A DNA stretch of 64,000 nt. It comes from Chloroflexota bacterium. Its GTDB lineage: Bacteria; Chloroflexota; UBA11872. Numbering within the stretch: the stretch's first letter is position 1; every line of letters starts with the position of its first letter. The translations under genes and the position numbers were made by a program. The notes beneath the pieces were generated by a model. It was not told the origin of the DNA and made no database searches. It saw only the letters and a program-made list of their open reading frames with translations. Of the stretch, positions 62,713 through 64,000 are shown piece after piece. The stretch is taken from contig OZ244789.1 in NCBI GenBank assembly GCA_965219705.1, positions 2,221,627 through 2,285,626 on the forward strand, read 5' to 3'.

Positions 62713-64000
62713 ATGAAGCTGCGCAACGTCAACACCACCGATATCGCCGCCGCCATCGAGGCGGGCGCGCGCACGATGGCCAGCGTCTTCAACGCGGACG
62801 ACGACGACATCCCGTTCTTTCGCTCCGAGGTGTGGCCCGACCCGCACCTGGCCTTCAGCTCGGTCCACTCCGAGGCCCACGTCCCCGGGCGGCATCTCAA
62901 CGCGCTGTTGACGGCCGAGTCCCTTGGGTTCGCCATCGACGAGGCGGCGGTTGAGAAGCACGCGCGGGCGGCGTTCTTTTCCTATGGCGGACCGTTGCCG
63001 TTGCCGCTCAACCGCGAGCGGATCGACGGTCCGCTGGTGAACTTTCGCCCGCACAACGTGCGCGAGGGCTTCCACGCGCTCTACGCGCTGGCGCGCTTCC
63101 GGGACTCGGCGCGCGCCCGCGAGCTGGCGGAAGCGAGCATCGCCACGATCAACCGGCTCTGGGACCCCGACCGCGGCTGGGACGGCGAGGGGGCCGCCCG
63201 CGCCCACGGCATCGACGTCAAGATTGAAACCACGTTCATCCGCGGACTGGGGCGCGCCATCGGTCCGCTGGTCAAGTACTACCGCGCGACGGGATACGGC
63301 CCGGCGCTCGACCTGGCCATCCGGCTCAAGGACAAGGCCGTGGCGGACCACTTCACCGCCGACGGCAGCTACGACACGGCGCGATTCGGCCCGCACACGC
63401 ACTCCACCACCTGCGTGATGTCCTCACTGGCGCAGCTGGCCGACCTGCTGACCGATGCGCCGCTCATGGAGCGCGTCAGGACGTTTTACACCCGCGGACT
63501 GTGGGAGATTCGCGATGAGCTTGGGTGGGTCATCGAGAGCAGCCTGCCGGACGCGCCACCCGACATGGGTGAGGTCAACAACACCGGCGACATTCTGGAA
63601 ACCGCGCTCATCCTGGGACGGTGGGGCTACCCCGAGGCGTATGACGACGCGGAGCGCATCCTGCGCGGCCATTTGCTGCCCAGCCAGCTGCGCGACGTGT
63701 CATGGATATCGGAGCCGTCCGGCCCGGCTGGCGAAGATGGGCGTCGGGACGTGGCCCGGCGCCATTTGGGGGCCTACGGATTCCCCGCGCCCTATGGCCA
63801 CCGGCCGGTCGAGGCGTCTCGCATCTCATTCAACATGGATGTCGTCGGCGGCGCCGTGGCGTCGCTCTGCGAGGCCTATCGCGACGTGACCCGGCATGAC
63901 GCAACGGGCCATTGGGTCAACTTGCTCTTCGACCATCGGAGCGAAGCCATCGAGGTCGAGTCGCCCTATTCCGGCGGTGTGCTCGGCGTCACCCTCAAGC
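62713..64000 (+). CDS. hypothetical protein, 3' end beyond the window (429+ aa)
   Basis: Uninterrupted reading frame from ATG 62713 to the window end with strong GC3 bias (MKLRNVNTTDIAAAIEAGARTMASVFNADDDDIPFFRSEVWPDP...). Absent from the ORF track because no stop lies within the window. Confidence 0.5.
   Translation, partial: MKLRNVNTTDIAAAIEAGARTMASVFNADDDDIPFFRSEVWPDPHLAFSSVHSEAHVPGRHLNALLTAESLGFAIDEAAVEKHARAAFFSYGGPLPLPLNRERIDGPLVNFRPHNVREGFHALYALARFRDSARARELAEASIATINRLWDPDRGWDGEGAARAHGIDVKIETTFIRGLGRAIGPLVKYYRATGYGPALDLAIRLKDKAVADHFTADGSYDTARFGPHTHSTTCVMSSLAQLADLLTDAPLMERVRTFYTRGLWEIRDELGWVIESSLPDAPPDMGEVNNTGDILETALILGRWGYPEAYDDAERILRGHLLPSQLRDVSWISEPSGPAGEDGRRDVARRHLGAYGFPAPYGHRPVEASRISFNMDVVGGAVASLCEAYRDVTRHDATGHWVNLLFDHRSEAIEVESPYSGGVLGVTLK

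Noticed and set aside
1-64000. CRISPR arrays or rRNA genes
   Set aside because: No regularly spaced identical repeats of 25-40 bp and no rRNA-like conserved stretches were seen; the only tandem repeats are the 12-bp PDAE repeat and the coding repeats in the SBP tether and LRR genes.

Overview
High-GC (about 68-70%) bacterial chromosomal segment, densely coding on both strands. The gene content (archaeal-type cofactor-independent phosphoglycerate mutase, SelA, plant-type LRR proteins, many xylose-isomerase-like TIM-barrel genes) suggests a Chloroflexota/Thermomicrobia-like or similar high-GC organism; this is inference with low confidence. Housekeeping genes: mnmA, selA, apgM, cysK, two tRNA-Ser, an SbcCD-like nuclease/ATPase pair. 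Metabolism and transport: an Fe(III)-type ABC importer (binding protein plus fused permease, no ATPase); a rhamnoside locus (ABC sugar binding protein, two permeases, GH78 alpha-L-rhamnosidase, MalK-type ATPase); three xylose-isomerase-like TIM-barrel proteins, two PhyH dioxygenases, SDR, AKR, DegT aminotransferase, two MFS and one EamA transporter. Stress operon on the minus strand: DUF58 -> transglutaminase-like -> DUF948 -> YtxH -> DUF948. Accessory region at about 20.2-27.7 kb: an IS110-family element flanked by imperfect direct repeats, an AAC(3)-like acetyltransferase, and an N6-adenine methyltransferase whose catalytic motifs are split over two reading frames, followed by a 541-aa protein with no recognisable motif. 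GC falls to about 50% from about 24.5 kb, partway into the second methyltransferase ORF, so only the downstream part (about 24.5-27.65 kb) is compositionally foreign. The split methyltransferase plus the unknown protein is the best candidate for an undescribed restriction/defence-type module. Also present: ParE/Phd and VapBC toxin-antitoxin pairs with a palindromic operator, a tandemly duplicated unit of a MalK 3' fragment plus an LRR gene, and three families of small palindromic repeats. No rRNA and no CRISPR array. Most long ORFs in the supplied track that lie antisense to or out of frame with the calls below are high-GC artefacts.
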